A stretch of DNA of 64,000 nt, taken from assembly GCF_000150275.1 (NCBI RefSeq), contig NW_002060949.1, forward strand, positions 2,539,836 through 2,603,835, in the 5' to 3' direction. Below the pieces are notes generated by a model. It ran no database searches, was not told the DNA's origin, and was given only the letters and a program-made list of their open reading frames with translations. The DNA comes from Trichoplax adhaerens (lineage: Eukaryota; Animalia; Placozoa). The stretch's first letter is position 1. Each line of letters opens with the position of its first letter. The translations under genes and the position numbers were made by a program. Below are positions 1-15,283 of the stretch, in pieces.

Positions 1-433
1 CGCCTTAGTTGTGTATATCCTGTAATCATGATAGGCTACAAGTATATTGTGCAATAATTTTAATCTAGTATGTTAGTTTACGTGTATACTTCCAATGTTT
101 TAAGACAAGAATCTACATCTGCGTTATTTTTAGTTTATTATCGTCAAATTACTGTAAAAACTGTTTTAGAAGAGCAAAATAAAATAAATGAGAATACAAG
201 GTAAATTCATGCTATTTCAGCAATTTATAATTAGCGTACGTAGGAATACAATGTCATATCTATACAATATATTCGTTTCACTCTAATTATCCAATGATTA
301 TCTTCCCTTATACAGTAAAATAATAGATGCATCATAATGATGAAGATATCCCACCAGTAATGATGAATTTTAAAATATCATCTCCTGCTAATGTAGTATA
401 GCAATCTTACATAGACTATGCCTCCAACAGAAT

Positions 434-464
434 GACTGATTATATAATTATTATATAATCAGTC
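434..464. repeat. Near-perfect palindrome (15-bp arms, 1-nt spacer)
   Basis: GACTGATTATATAAT-T-ATTATATAATCAGTC. Confidence 0.85.
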
Positions 465-1025
465 GGCAAGAACACTATTAAATCGGATATTGTTGTTAGC
501 ATCCTTTCATAAAACGAGGTCTCGATGGCGTGCTACCGTGAATAGAAAATATAGTCATAGTTAATTTAATCTTTGCACGAAGTGTATGTCAAACTCGTAT
601 ATGCAATATCTCTAAATAGTGGAAATTCCGTATTAGCTATTCATGGAATGACACCGTTTAATTCAGCAAGAGAGGAACTAGTTGATACTAAACATAGTAC
701 GATTTCGTCTACCTGATGAAATCTTATCATTAATCAATCGATATTCAATTTTTTTGAGCTTTCAAAGAGTATGCAGTTATAAAGAACGGTTTCATTTAAG
801 CCAAGAAAGAATACTATAAAGTTCAGTTCTGAATAAATGTACAGTACAGTACTATAACATCACAAAATATCCTCTGTGGACGATAGAATTCTAATATTGA
901 AGTAGAATTCTGGAAAAATAGCCCTGGCCTACAAGTGTACAAGAAACATTTATTCCCTGTTATTCCGATGATACTGCACCGGACGGATGCTAACCGGAGA
1001 GATGGGCGGAAGGAAATGATCACAG

Positions 1026-1083
1026 GACAGTACAGTACAGGATACTGTACACATTACAGAGTTCATACTGTACTGTACTGCGC
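1026..1083. repeat. Short inverted pentamer arrays (ACAGT)n ... (ACTGT)n upstream of XKR
   Basis: gacagtacagtacagga is followed by tactgtactgtactgc. Another copy lies at ~838-856. Confidence 0.6.
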
Positions 1084-1621
1084 AGTACCATACTTTACAC
1101 TATAACTTTCAATCGCAAAACAAACATTTATCGTCCAGCTAAAAAGTTTATCGATCGACCAGTTGGATATAACCTAGGCATGCTTTCAACGTTCACTTCG
1201 GCAATCATGTGCTAGATTGGCTCCATTTTTCCATGTATTTACAGCTATCTTTTAATTAGTGTGTTGGTGCTGTGCTTTGCTTACTGGCTTAGTGGATTCT
1301 CTCAATATTTCAAGCATTCAACGTACATTACTACAAGCAACATACGAGAAATCGCTAACCGAACCGGTGACAGGTCTACTGTACAGTGGACGTTACAGTA
1401 TACAGTTATCTCATCCAATTCTACGCCTAGAATTATTAATTGAATTATTAACAACTAGTTTGAATCAGTAGATGTATTCGATCCTCGACAATACTAATGT
1501 TGACATCGCAAGATTGCTAGCTAACATCCAGATTATAAAAAGGTAGAAAATACACTCATGATTGCGTTATGTCTAGCCATTAACCCCTCCGGCCTCGAAC
1601 GTTACGGTAAATGGTTAAAGG

Positions 1622-4600
1622 ATGCCTGCTAGCATAGATGATACCACAAATAACGAAACTGATGGCGCTGTTCATTCCAGCATCAGTCCTAATCATGGAA
1701 ATCATAATCAGCCCAAAATATATCGATTATCTTTACTAGAATGTGCAACGTGGATATTTTCCATACTGATGTATATTGCAGATTACGTAACTGACTTTGT
1801 CGTTGGATTTTCCTACATCATTGATGGTCACCCATTGTGGGGAACCATGATAATATTATTATCTGTCACTTCGGGCATAGTCGTACAAGGATTCTCTCTT
1901 TACTGGTCTTTTGGTTGCTGCTGGCGCCAGTCTGTGTCTGACAATTCGGATGAGACTAATAATTCGGGCCAATATGATACCAACGATAGCCAAGTCGACC
2001 GGGATGTTGCTCCTGTACCTGATTACCATGAACCAATACCTGATCAACATGGACCATGTTTTAAAATATGTCATTTATTTGGTTTATCGATGATGCAGAG
2101 GTAATTTGGTAGTATGATCAAAAAAATGCAGACAGATTGTTCAATATTTATTACTTGAGATTATAATTGCTTGGAAGTTATATCATTACCGTTCAACATT
2201 TAATTTCATCTAATCATCCTGCGTTATAGATTTACGGTACGCATCATCTTTCTATCTGAATAATCGTTCAGATTCACATTCTTACGCTGTGTAAATATAT
2301 TGTAATTTGTTTATAGTAACCTTTGCCTGGTTATTTCAGTTAAGTTGGATACTACTTGTAGTTATATAATGCGTCAAGTAATTCAAATGTTTGCATTTAC
2401 ACTTTACGTGCTACAACTTATGGTAAATGATCATTTAACGAATGCTGCTAGCAATCATATCAACATTCTATCCTTAGGAATGGCTGTAATATATAGGCGT
2501 CCATTGATTGATTATTACCATCATGCTGTATTATGCATAAAGTATTAACCAACACCAACTAGCAACTTATAGTCGATTGAGATACAAGTGTAAAATCTAT
2601 ACTACATATTTAAAGTTTGACAGTCCTTTTTTGTGTGTAGCTGTAGAAATATCATTTACTTCTAATATATTTACAGTAAGATGGTGATTGTAAGCTACAT
2701 TAGACATTATATAGTTAGCTTAATGAAGATTGTACAGATCATTTAGCATTTAACTTAATTGTGCCTTTCATCTCATTACAGATACTTATATATTGCAATC
2801 AAAGGTAGAAAGCGCCATGACGAATACCAACATGGTTTATTATTATACCATATAGCTGATGCTGGCCTAATTAGTACAGTTGACGTAACTGTTGATTCAG
2901 CGCCGCAACTAATCTTACAAATTTATATCATCATTACTAATGGTGAAGTCGATTTTTTCAAGATTGCTTCGGTCGCAATCTCGTTCTTGTCTACTGCATA
3001 TTGTGTCACATACCATGTAAATACGTTACGCAAGGCTCAAAAACAGATCGGAAAAAAAGTCAAGACATTATCTTTTGAAGGTATAGTATCATAATTTAGC
3101 TGTTGTACATTTCGTAACGTTAATGACTGGACTCTCCAGTTGCTATAAAATAGTGTTAATTAGAGTTAATCTTGTTTATAAATTTACTGTCTTTCTTTGT
3201 TAAATACTTTATACTGTTTAGATCACGTCTGTAAATTCAAATTAACTACACTAAATTTACTATAATTTACAATACTAGCCCTAAAACCCATTCTACAACT
3301 TGCTATAGTGACTTATATACTATACAATTACATGCGAACAATGTTACGATCTAAAAATATGTATATCTTTCTTGCATTTAATAGGCCTAGGAATGTATTT
3401 CGTATGGAGAATCTCCTTTTTAATCTCTAGACTTACATTACTAGCAGTCTTTGCGTATTACTTTCAACAGTGGATATTTTTTCTATTCTTCTGTCATTGG
3501 TTTGTTATGACTACTATATTCTGGATTGATGGCGTCGGCAGCTATGAGAAAATTGGTTGTTGTGTATTAGACCGGAAAGATCGGTTGAACCTCTGTGAAA
3601 AATTTGTCTTATGTCTTACCAACGGATGGATAGATATCTTCTTCTTCATCAATTTAAAACAAGGTTAGATTATCAGACTTATAGAACTTAATTTTATCTA
3701 CTAGTAAAATTACTGACATGGCATTTAAAGTGATAGATCAAGTTATTAAATAGTTAATAGTTGGTATCATTTACAGAATTAAATATTACTTAGATACCTT
3801 GAAGGAAGTTAAATGAATACATTGGCGTTTTAGCATCTGTAAATCTAGACCAGTCATTTTGGTCGGTCCAGCTACATATGCTGTACCGAGTCTGTAATAA
3901 ATTCATCCTTTAACTTCATTGGAGACTTGTCTAACTTGAATTTATCTATAACTTGAGATATAGCTTTACTTTGGCACCTGTGTTAATCCTTCAAAATTAG
4001 ATTTGTGTAATTAGCACAGTATTACAGCACTTCACTGTAGGTATAAAGATGGGTTAATCTATTTATGGGGTTACACTAATCTCCTTGATGACCGATTAAA
4101 ACTGTGTAATTTACTACTTCATAAACACTACGATTTCTATACGTATATTATAAATCCTTTTCATCCAGTTACTGCCAATAAGGTTATAATTTTCATTACC
4201 AGTAAATCAATGTTCTAGTGTCGATTCTATTAAACTATTTCTTTCTAGTTTTGATACTTGAGCATAATATGAAAATAATCGAATCATATCGAGATTGAAT
4301 CCATGATAAAAAATAGTATATAGATATTTTTTATCAATCGTTTCCAATAAAATTATTCGTGATTTTAAAAGTGTCTTGATTCTTGTTTATTAATTTAGGT
4401 AAAACTCGTCTGCGCTACATCGCTCATTTCTTCATGCATTTATTGGAACTAATTTTGACAGCTGTACTATTGGATAGCAATAACTTCATAAATGGTAGAA
4501 TAGCATATACATCTATAGGTGTTATAACTGGAGGATTTTTTGTCGGCTTGGTTTTCTTCATCGTGTATTATAGCGCTTTTCATCCTAATTGTACGTCAGT

Positions 4601-4868
4601 TGGGAAATATTATACCAGCCGCAACAGTAACAACAAACATGGATTGGCTGATGAATCACTGATGGAATGCAGTGGATCTGTTCGACAAGTTTATTTTCAC
4701 TCAGATATAGTGGATACTGGTATTCACATAACAAGCAGGGAATCTGCTGCTGTCTCTACGGTTTCTAGTAAAACGGTTCCTACTTCAAAAGTGACAGAAA
4801 TGAGTGGAGATACAGTCGATATCTGCCATACGCTTCGATTTAAAGAGGAAATAATTCATGCAGTGTGA
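1622..4868 (+). CDS. XKR: XK-related protein (Xkr / CED-8 phospholipid scramblase family), 4 exons, ~508 aa
   Basis: Exons 1622-2100, 2782-3080, 3385-3663 and 4399-4868 join in frame through GT-AG introns (phases 2,1,1), 1527 nt in total. The protein has multiple hydrophobic helices and XK-family motifs: ADYVTD in TM1, DSAPQLILQIYI (family E/D-SAPQLxLQ), ISRLTLLAVFA, CHW, and YYSAFHP before the cytoplasmic tail. The paralog subgroup was not resolved. Confidence 0.9.
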
Positions 4869-7800
4869 TAACTTTGATACATAATCATAAAACCTTGTAA
4901 ATATTGTTTCGTATATGCTACCGCAATAATTAAGCATAGTCTGGATCCTTACGTTATCAGTGCCCAGTATAGCTGGCATAATATACAAATCAAGTAAAGG
5001 CGGATAAGTTGTGATAACCATAAAAATCTGATTCATTTATGCACTCTGTAAACATCAAACGAATTTATAATTATGAACAAGTACGTACACAAAACATGAG
5101 CTAGTCATAGATATAATTAATGACCAACTACGATATATTTTTATAAAATATGTGCATTTTGTGTCTTCTGTATTCTGCGTGATTAGTTTAATGTCACTAT
5201 AAGTAATGTCAGATATGCAGAATACCACTAGTATGGTATCAAACTACATAAATACGATTGTACAGGACGTTGTAGACTGGAGGATCTACTTATGTGATAA
5301 TTTATAAGCCAGAGAAAAGGGATCTAAGTATTCTGCTTCAAGATATAATTTTTTTATAGATTTAAAAAGCATCGCGATCTGGTACTGAAAACCTACTAAA
5401 CTATGGATATTATTTTTATTATTTCATTTTATGAGATATAAGATGTATTAAGTAGCAAATAATACTGTAGTTTCTGTATCCCACGCATATATTTATCTTA
5501 CTGCCTCATAAATATTTCCTGAAGCATTTTTCGTTCTAATTTTCGTTTTGGGTGTTAAAATGATTGATCTAAATTCTTAACCATTATATTACCGTAGCGA
5601 AAGAAAGATAATAGAGTTACTTCGTATTATTAAAGTAATGATTTTTTTATGTATGACAGGATATACGCATTGCCGGAAATAAGTGTCATAAAATCGCGTT
5701 GCTAAAACGACTAGTTAATTATAAATTGTTTTATTATTTTTATAGCTATTACAGTTTTACGCCAATGCGTGTAGGCTTCCATTATTATAATTGAATTTGC
5801 CTTGCATATGTAGAGTTTCCTCATATTAAAACTTAAAAAGTGCCGTATAGGTGATTTAATGTATGAAAGGCTGACTAATTATCTTTCAAAGAACTTGAAA
5901 GACAATACTAATGTTCATTTGCAATATTCTGTTTTTCATGATGTTTATTTGATATAGATTCTATCGTGATCATGATAAATACTTAGATTATCAAATTTTA
6001 ATTGATTTATATCGTAAAAAAATTCGTATGGTCCATTTTATGATAACGTTTGCGGAATCATCTTAGGCAATAAAAGAAGTTTAAAAGCTGCTTTCACTGG
6101 TACATTTGGACAAAGATTTCGTCATTAAATTATGAATGTTTTCAATTAAATATAATAAAAAGTTATTATTCATCCATAAGCAAAACGTAAGGCTTTAGTA
6201 TTTGCGCACTTAACTGATTTATATGGATTTTACAGTATTTTATAATTAATTAAATGTCAAAATGGCTTACATAATAGCATGTGAAATTAAATTTTGCTGT
6301 TCTGAATAATTTCTATACATTGTAGCTTTAAATAAATTGCATTTTCTGCAAGGATAGTACTAAAGAAATCGAAGTATTAATTATACACTAAAATAAATTA
6401 TAGTATTGGAAAGGCTACAAAGCAGATTCACTTAGAAAGTTTACTGTTAAACTTAATTCCTAGTAAATTACGTTATAGCTTTTAAGTCTGAGCTGTTAAT
6501 ACAATAATATGGAAGAATTAATTTTAATAATTATTAGTGTTCTGCATAAGATATTGAATTGATTATGTAATATTGTTAGCCTCTGTAGAGTAAGATTACT
6601 CATTATTAGATAAAAAGGCCAGACTGCTTCTATTCTTGAATATTTGTCGTCTGATAAAATGAATAAATGGATTCAAATCTTTTGATACTACTTAATTGCC
6701 TAACTTCTTTTCAAATATTTGCCAAGGTCCACCGGGTATTGAATATTAGTTTCTCATATTCTTTTATAATATTCTTGCAATTCTTCTCGGTTCCCTAGTT
6801 ACTTACTGTACTCAGGAAAAACTGCGCAAGAACGTGTGTAAAAATGTACCTTTTTCATCCCATGTTAATATAACATATTTTGGTTAGGCTATGAGTTCGA
6901 AAAATCAAGCAATTAATGGCTGGATAAAAGCGAGTATTGTGTAATGTATAAGAGATAATATGGAAAAAACACAGCTATCTCAAGTCTATCCCAATTGAAA
7001 GATTAGAGTATTATTATGCATCCACATTTAAATTGTCACACTGCGGGCTTTTTACCGATTAGGTTCAATATCTTACCTCGGTATTATTAATTTTTTTGGA
7101 ACGATTAATTAGGGAATCATTCGCACTTAAAGAGACAACAGCTTGCCTATTTGTTAATCATCTTTTAATAGCATATAGCATTTTTATCAAATGACGGAAG
7201 TACGTCAGACCTATTGATCAATAAATGAATACTCCGTTTTTCAGTATTTCTATCTTTAGTAATATTTCATAAGAGCCTGTGTTTCCAACCTGTAATTATT
7301 GTACCTTATATTGAGCAATAATTTTAGAGTATTAAATGGTAAATATTTTTATAAAACAGTTGCCTCATGATCACTTTCCCTCTCGGTCAGATAGGTTCAT
7401 AGAATACCAGATGCTGTTGTTATAGGCAATGTTGCTTGTGAATCATATACTTTATTAATGTTCTAGCATAGTGTGCTGTGTAGTTAAAATCGATGAGCTT
7501 AAGATACTAATATTTTCTTACTACGGCCGCAGGGTACAGGGTACAACTGTACATAGTACGAGTTCACAGTACAAATTTTTCAAGATCAATAGAATACCTA
7601 TACACTATGCACTGTTTGTATTACAATCAGAGGATTGCAATTCTCTAGGTTAAGTAAATATTTCTTACGGTACAATCTACAGCATATCAGTACGCTAGTT
7701 TCATAGCTTTGCTATCTACGGTATGCCAAGATTGTGATATTTACTTTTATTATATAAACTTCAAGCTGCACCTAGGACTGTGATTTTAAACGTACTATGC

Positions 7801-10800
7801 TGTAAACTTCTAGAATACGGTATTTTATGCTAATAAAATATCACCAATAATTGTATATACAATCCTTATTCAAATTTGCCTCAAGTTTTTAACTTTCGTA
7901 TATCCATCATATAGAATCAGATTACAGGACATCAAAAAACTGATATCGTAATAAAATTAAATTAATTTATTAAATAATTGGACTCATAATCAAAATAAAC
8001 CTGGATATTGCTAGTAAAAGTGCGAATAATTATTTAATTTAGATGACTTCCGTGCCATGATAAAGCTAATTTCTTGACGCAGGGTATTGTTTGTACGGCT
8101 AAATTAAGGTAATTTTGTAGTCTTCTTTTATTAAAGCGGCCTATCCTGTTGTAACAATATATGTTGTAGGCCGAATATCTTCAGTTGTCCTTAGCAACAG
8201 AGCATATACTGACCACTGATAGCAGTAAATTGATGCTCTCAGAGCAAATAAAATATCTAAAATAGCACAAATCTAATAAGGTATTGTACTGTAACTATCA
8301 GTATATATCATATATCTTTTTGTTATAATCGTTGGCTAATATTAAATTAGATTAATTATGTCAAAAAAATTACGAAGATTTCCAATGTTGTGCTAAGTAT
8401 AACGGTATAGTTACAAGTAAAAATTAAAACATGGTGCAGCAACTAAAAATTGCATTTATGGTCCATCTATGAAAATTTGCTCTCGTATGAACAAATACAG
8501 GCTTTTATGGATTGGATGCTCATTAGACAATGTTGGTAATGAAGCAGCATAATTTCCTATTTAATATCAGCATATCCAATGAATAGAGCATGAAATTTAT
8601 ATTAATGACATCTGCTGGCAAATTACAGATCGAGAACATATTTCAGAGTTAATTAGGCCAAAAAGAGTTCATGATATCTTGAACCTAACGGACTAGAGTA
8701 CATAATCAATGAAATAATTTTGTAGACCATACTGTCTCCTTGGATACAATGGTACTTTATTTTATTATTGAAGTTTCATGACTGTTAGGAATTTGAATGT
8801 ACTAGTTATCGGTTGCTAGTATACTTTTTCCATGCACGTGAGTAATATAATAACATTTAACTACACAATTTTTAGAAATTCATTTCTTAATATATTGAGA
8901 AATTAAGTTCCCCAAATTTCAAATTGCGATCTATTTCATTATGTTAAACTACTACAATCTGGAGGAAGGTGAAGTAAATTTTTTAATCTAGCAAATTTGA
9001 AACATCGAAGAGCTACAGTTGCTTGTTCAATGTTCACCCATGTTCATCTGTATTTTATTGACATTAAAATCTCATTTATTATTATCTTGTCAATATTTGG
9101 ATGAAATGGTAGCGTATTATATTCTAACTTACATTGGATGCTTTCCATTTGTATAAACAAAAGGATTTCTTTCTCAATGTTTTAATATTAATTCTATCTG
9201 CGCTTGTGTAGTAATTAATTATTTATCGTGATAGCTAGTATTTATGATCATTTTATGCATGCTTCATTCGATAACGGTTGCTACATGTTTTGGTAAGGAA
9301 AACACTATGATAGAATATTGATCACCTTCCATTGTAATGATAACCTCAGTTACTACGGTGTCACACTACTAACTAATTAATTTTGCTAGTTTGGATCATA
9401 GTTTATACCATCATGCAGTATTTTTTAACAAGATATGCCCATAATAACAAGCTATAAAATAGAGCTGCTGTTGGCTGCTAATACACTTGCGTCTATTAAA
9501 CTGGAATGTTAGTTTAAGATTAATTTGCACTCCAATTAATCGGAATTTCTTTCATGCGACAAAAGCCATATGGCGTTGAAAGACATTACTCATTGCTGCT
9601 AAATGTATAGGGTTACTAAACACCGATTATTGATGAATAATTCATCACTTAATAAACAATTAAGTTTACCATGCGCATAAACAAGCGAAAAATCACACAG
9701 CTGTCTTATTCCTTCTATTGTATGATACTAGTGTTGACTATTAATTAGAACGTATCATTCAAGTGTTGGCTAATCAGTCTAACGACTATAAAAGAAGCTC
9801 TACTGCCGAATGATTATCATCATTAAATGATGCCGCTTTGAACTTTTTAACTTCCACTATCGTTATAATATTGCGACCTTCAAATAGAAGGATGTGGGCA
9901 GCGGCAGCCAGTTTAGATAACTATAGTATTACTACAGCTGCCGAATAAGCCAGATGTATTGAATAGGAAAATGTTGATGACTTGATATGGTCAATAAGAA
10001 CTGAATTCAGTACATAATTTATGAAATGACAATCAAACAGGCAATGCTATAAATCATCTACTGTACCCCGATACAATAATTGGCCATCACTGGTGCAGTT
10101 TTAGTCATAACTTATCTCCAGCTGATTACCTTGTTGATTATAATGCTATTTACTACTTATCTACCTAATTAGTGTAGATAATACTTCTGTTGACAGTACA
10201 ATAATGCAACGAAATAGAGAACAAGCGTTTGATAGATAAAACTGTTTTTCTCTCTTCTTTTTTGTTTTGCCGCTTGATTAAAATCAAAACATAGCCGAAA
10301 TAATGTATGTGTTGTCCTAGGACGAGTCTATTCGTCGGCCATCTTAGCAGTTTTGGAGTACAATATATAAGGTCTCTAAGTACGGGCTAGCAAAACAAAA
10401 TGGATAGCAAACAGCACATTCTACGTGATGAATTAGTCATGAAGTACTCCTTGCTCTAAAATGTATCGCCTTGATTAGATGCAAAAGAGCATATAAATTC
10501 ATCTCTGTATATTTCTAATATCTTACCGAATTGGTAATGTTCAGTTTTATTGACTTCGTTTACTTAATTTACTTAGTAATCATTATCCTAGCTGTTATCA
10601 AGTATACTTTAGCGGTTAAGAGCCTTCAATATAACTGTAACTGATTTATATTTATCGTACACGAAAGCACATAAAAATTGCTGTAATGTTGCAAAGTATA
10701 CATAGTGAAGATGGAGGTGCGTTGAGTATGCTGTCTTTACGGAATCGATGGAATTGTTGCTGACATACTGATTGATGGACGATGAGGAGCGAACTGAACA

Positions 10801-13800
10801 ATAAATGATAACGATAAGATAGTTGATTTTTTATGTTAAAAAAATAACGATAAATAAGCTATTTCGTCTAACGGTATCAATAGTGAGCTACATGCTCTTC
10901 TGTACTGAATTAACGAGACTAATTATAATTATTATCATTCTTTGTATCCTGTACAGTAGATAAATACAGCGCGTAATCTGTTTTCAGATAATGAGGTATA
11001 ATATTATCTGAACATAATTTCTGATCATTTATCGTTTACAAGAAAATGTGAGGACCGTTGTTTGAATAGTTGCATCGACCCGTTTACTAGAAAATTACAA
11101 CAAAGTTTCCAATAAACACGCTAGGCTTTGTTATGCAAACTAGCTTGGACAAGACAACATAAAGGAAAAAGCAAGTGTTTTTCTTCATCCAATAGTGCAC
11201 CTGTACAGTGTACAGTACATAAACAATTGGCATCATTCAAAAATTATGTACGTTAGCTAATTTGTGTAACATAGAAGCACGATCAAAGGATCATCTAGTT
11301 ATTCCTAAATGCAAATTAATACAGAACAGAGGGGTTATTCATTAACTTTACTTACTTATTGATCCACCTAGGAAAATATGTACAAAATAATTTTGTATAC
11401 AGAACATTATTTCACAAAGGAAAAACATTCTTTCTGAATTATATGCGTACGCGTGTGTTTTATCGCCCCTTATACTTAAATACTGTACAAGCACGGATAT
11501 ACTGTATAAACTTTGAAAAAAATATTAAAACTTCGCCTTGCTGAACTGATACAAACGCACACCTATATACTATAATCACCTACAATACTCGTACATACTT
11601 TGATAGCAGCTATCTTGAATTCATGACAACATAAAAGAGCTTTATCAAACTGGCGCTGATTAATACAAGCAGTTGGAAATAACCGAAATTATAATCGACT
11701 ACACTGTTTAGATTATAAAATAGAAAACGTAACTTGATGAAAAGGGTGAACATAATATTGAGTTTGAACAATAACAAAAATTTGAATTTCAATCGCTTGC
11801 TTCGTGGAATATCCGTGATACTGTATTCCATTTTCTATACTCAAGCTATACAATATAGGTCCATATTTATCTTAATGCACTGTACAATGTACATATTTGT
11901 AATTTCTGTCCACTTACGCTACTCTAGCACGCTCATTGAAGAATACGCTGACAAAACAGTATTCTTTATTTAAAATATGCAAAAAAATAGGGTAATTCAA
12001 ATGGAATTTATTATGGTCTCTTCGTTTAATTTAGAACTGGATAGTGAAATACAGCACAATACAGTCTGCATTTTAATTTAAGTAAGCATATCTTAAATCT
12101 AGTCATTGCAGAAATTGAAGTACAAGGCACCGAGGTCGAGGATATTGCAGTTCCATAATTACCTATGACCTGATTTGAGTAATATGCAGTGTAAAGAAAA
12201 AAATAGTAATAAAAGCCTACTTGACTAGCTCGATTTACGTGTAATACAATCAGGTAGAGGAAAATAATTGCTGCCATGAACTCAGCCAGTATTGCAATTT
12301 AATACTACTTAATTACTACTGTATACTTGATCTGTTTTATGCAGGTTGTTGAGGTACAGCTATTACTAATCATGTCCAGTCCTTTACTTTAAATCAAATT
12401 AAAAGGGAAAAATGGTATTGTTTAATAATAATAGTACCGAATAACGTTAATGGACTATTGAATACCTTTGCAGGAAAGTCAAATCGCGTATAAACTTATC
12501 ATTATGGTACTGCATAATAAATTTATGATTAAAATGCAAAGAACTCTTAATGCACTGCACGAAGTGAAAGAGTGTCAATGGATTGGAAAAATAGAGTCCC
12601 TATCAACGATTAACGTTAGCTCACTATTGTAGTCTATGTTTGCAGGCCTGCTTTCTATGATGAGTGAAATGTTGGCAAATTTCGGAGCTACGACTACGTC
12701 AGCCTACTCATAGTGCATGGTAACTTTAAGGCACGATATTGGCAATTCGAACAACGTTGTATCTACAAGCCTGCAGTTCATCGGAATGTTACGAACAGTA
12801 ATCGATTACATTACTCGAATTAATTTACAGCTATGTTTTTTAAATAAATAAAAAATGAGGTAAAATCCGTAAATGTCGATCGCTGAACTGGTATATCTTA
12901 TTGACAGCATACGTGTACAAGCAAATGCAGACTTGAGCTGCAATGGTGACCTTTTAACCAGCAAAGTTTTCGCTCGTTTGAAAGGCTGTTATCATTGCAT
13001 AACGAATGTACTAAATCAAGTATCTTCAAGATCTTGTAACATGACGATAACTGAATGTACTGCATGTTTGTAATTTTATCTACACTTTACAATGGTTCTA
13101 GAATGGAAGAGAGTCAAACTTCGTTTCTTGTTTGCCACTAATTATACGTATATAATATATATAATACGTATGCAAGTGGAGGAGATCACATTGGTTCAAT
13201 CTCTCGCTGCATGGTGTAATAGTTATGTGTTTCGATCGTGGAGCAAATTGAACTTGGCAGTTCATAGTTACAGTATAATTCATAAAAGAGACTGTCGCTG
13301 CATTGTACAGAATACAGTATAGATTGTAGATAGGTCACTGAAGTTTATTCTCACAACTGGACTCTGTCCATAAACAAGTACAATGCATCCTGCCAAGAAG
13401 TAGCAGCTGCAAACTTACAGAATAATTATAAATTATGTATGGGTTCGCCTGCCGCAAACGCTGAATGATTAAATAGTACAGTATACCGTGTCTCGGCTCT
13501 CGGCTATACTACTCCATATAAACTCAGTAGAGTTCAGTCGTTCATTTGCCGTATTCATTGTTCATATGGTAAAAGGGAATCTAATTTAGCTCCATTGGCC
13601 GCTGCACCATTACCGTGTTGTGTACTACATTACATCATTATTTTCACTTTAGTCCTATTTAAAGAGCATTACTAGTGCACGATGTTGCTGTAGTTTATGA
13701 ATTGGAAGTGGTTTTCCGCGAAATATGTTTAATGCCAATTTAATGAAATAAACAAGTTTCATTTTTTAATTGCTACCATGTCAAAGGCAAGGAATCCAAT

Positions 13801-15090
13801 GTCATTGACACATTGATTAACCTATAGCTATTCTTTAAAGTGATGACGCAGCAGTCATAAAGCAACCTCATTGGCTAGCGTTGAGTGCCCTACATACCGA
13901 TCTTATTTGTTGTCAGTGGGGAAATTAGGTTATCTTATCCATTGACATTTAACCTTAGTGGATTGATGCTTATGCCTGCTTAGGACAGCCCTTTCAACTC
14001 AGTGTTGACGGTGCAAGTTGACCATGTCACTAACTGTTATAGTGTACTTTAGAAGTGCATATTTATTTAAGATCATATAAATAGTTCACTAGCTAATCTT
14101 ATGATAATGTAATCATTCTAATCATTGTACCCTTGTTAATCAGTACAGTAACCTTGCTCTTTGTGGAGAATGTACGACAGTACGAGACAGTTACAGTAAA
14201 TTGTGTACTGCCTATTGTGATATTGTACTATGCTGGACACTTGGTACTGTACAGTACAGTGATAGCCTACAAATGGATAGTCACAGTTTACGAAGGAAAA
14301 AATGCATGTGATGTCATGAACTCGTTAGTCGTTTGCAGGAGCCTACGGGCAAGAACGACTTTTGTGCTCTATTGCTAATGAGAGTGTATTTGTAGAACAT
14401 TATGAAGTGGGTACAATCTTCCAAATTGGCGTTACTGTATCAAGTAATTCATACGTGATCATCATACCTATAGACATACAGTAATTGTGAATATGTGAAA
14501 GTTACGTAGCAACAATAGTGACATTGCAAATTTTTGCAACTCATGATAAGCAAGGTACTGTAGCTTAGTAGCAATGGTATGATAGAGGACTTTTTTTTTT
14601 ATGTCTTCTTTATAGTACTACTCGTCTTTTTCTCTCAATGAGTTAGTTCAATGTCAGCTGTATGGGGGAATAAAATGAGAACAAGCATGCGTGAGTGATA
14701 CTGTCGTGTAGACTGGATGGCTGTAGCAATGCTAGTTATGCTATTATTGCATGCCATAAGATTGTTGAAATGTTTTGCAAAAATTAATGTAGTACTGTAT
14801 TATGGCATTAGACAATTGACATTGGGCAGTATATTAAGCAGGGTTAAGTTAGGCGTCCATAGTCCATACGGCATGTGACAAGGCATTTCGATGCGTATGC
14901 AATATGACTGTAGAACATTCTTGAATAATACAATTAAGCTGCAAGCGGTTTCATATTGTGCATATAATTATTTATTTATTTATTTTAAATTTCACAATGA
15001 CTTCTAAGGACAGCTGCTGTTCTAATACATATTGCAAAATTGAATGCACCTCGTCGTAGTGGATCCTACTGGGAAAGGTACAATACGTTG

Positions 15091-15283
15091 TAGTACTGTA
15101 CAGTACAGTCTACAGTACAGTACAGTCTACAGTACAGTACAGCGTCGTTTCCATGTCGAGTCCAGTCCGTGTTCCAGCCTGTGTGAACAACAACACAGTT
15201 CAATAAGTTCATCAAGAATTGCGTTCTAGTATGGTACCGTCCTGTACTATACCGTACCGTACTGTACTGTACTGTATCGTACC
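15091..15283. repeat. Inverted pair of degenerate pentamer arrays, (TACAG)n then (CTGTA)n
   Basis: 15091-15142 is TACAG/TACAGTC repeats and 15233-15283 is TACCG/TACTG repeats in the opposite orientation. A further cluster lies at 15371-15394. Confidence 0.7.
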
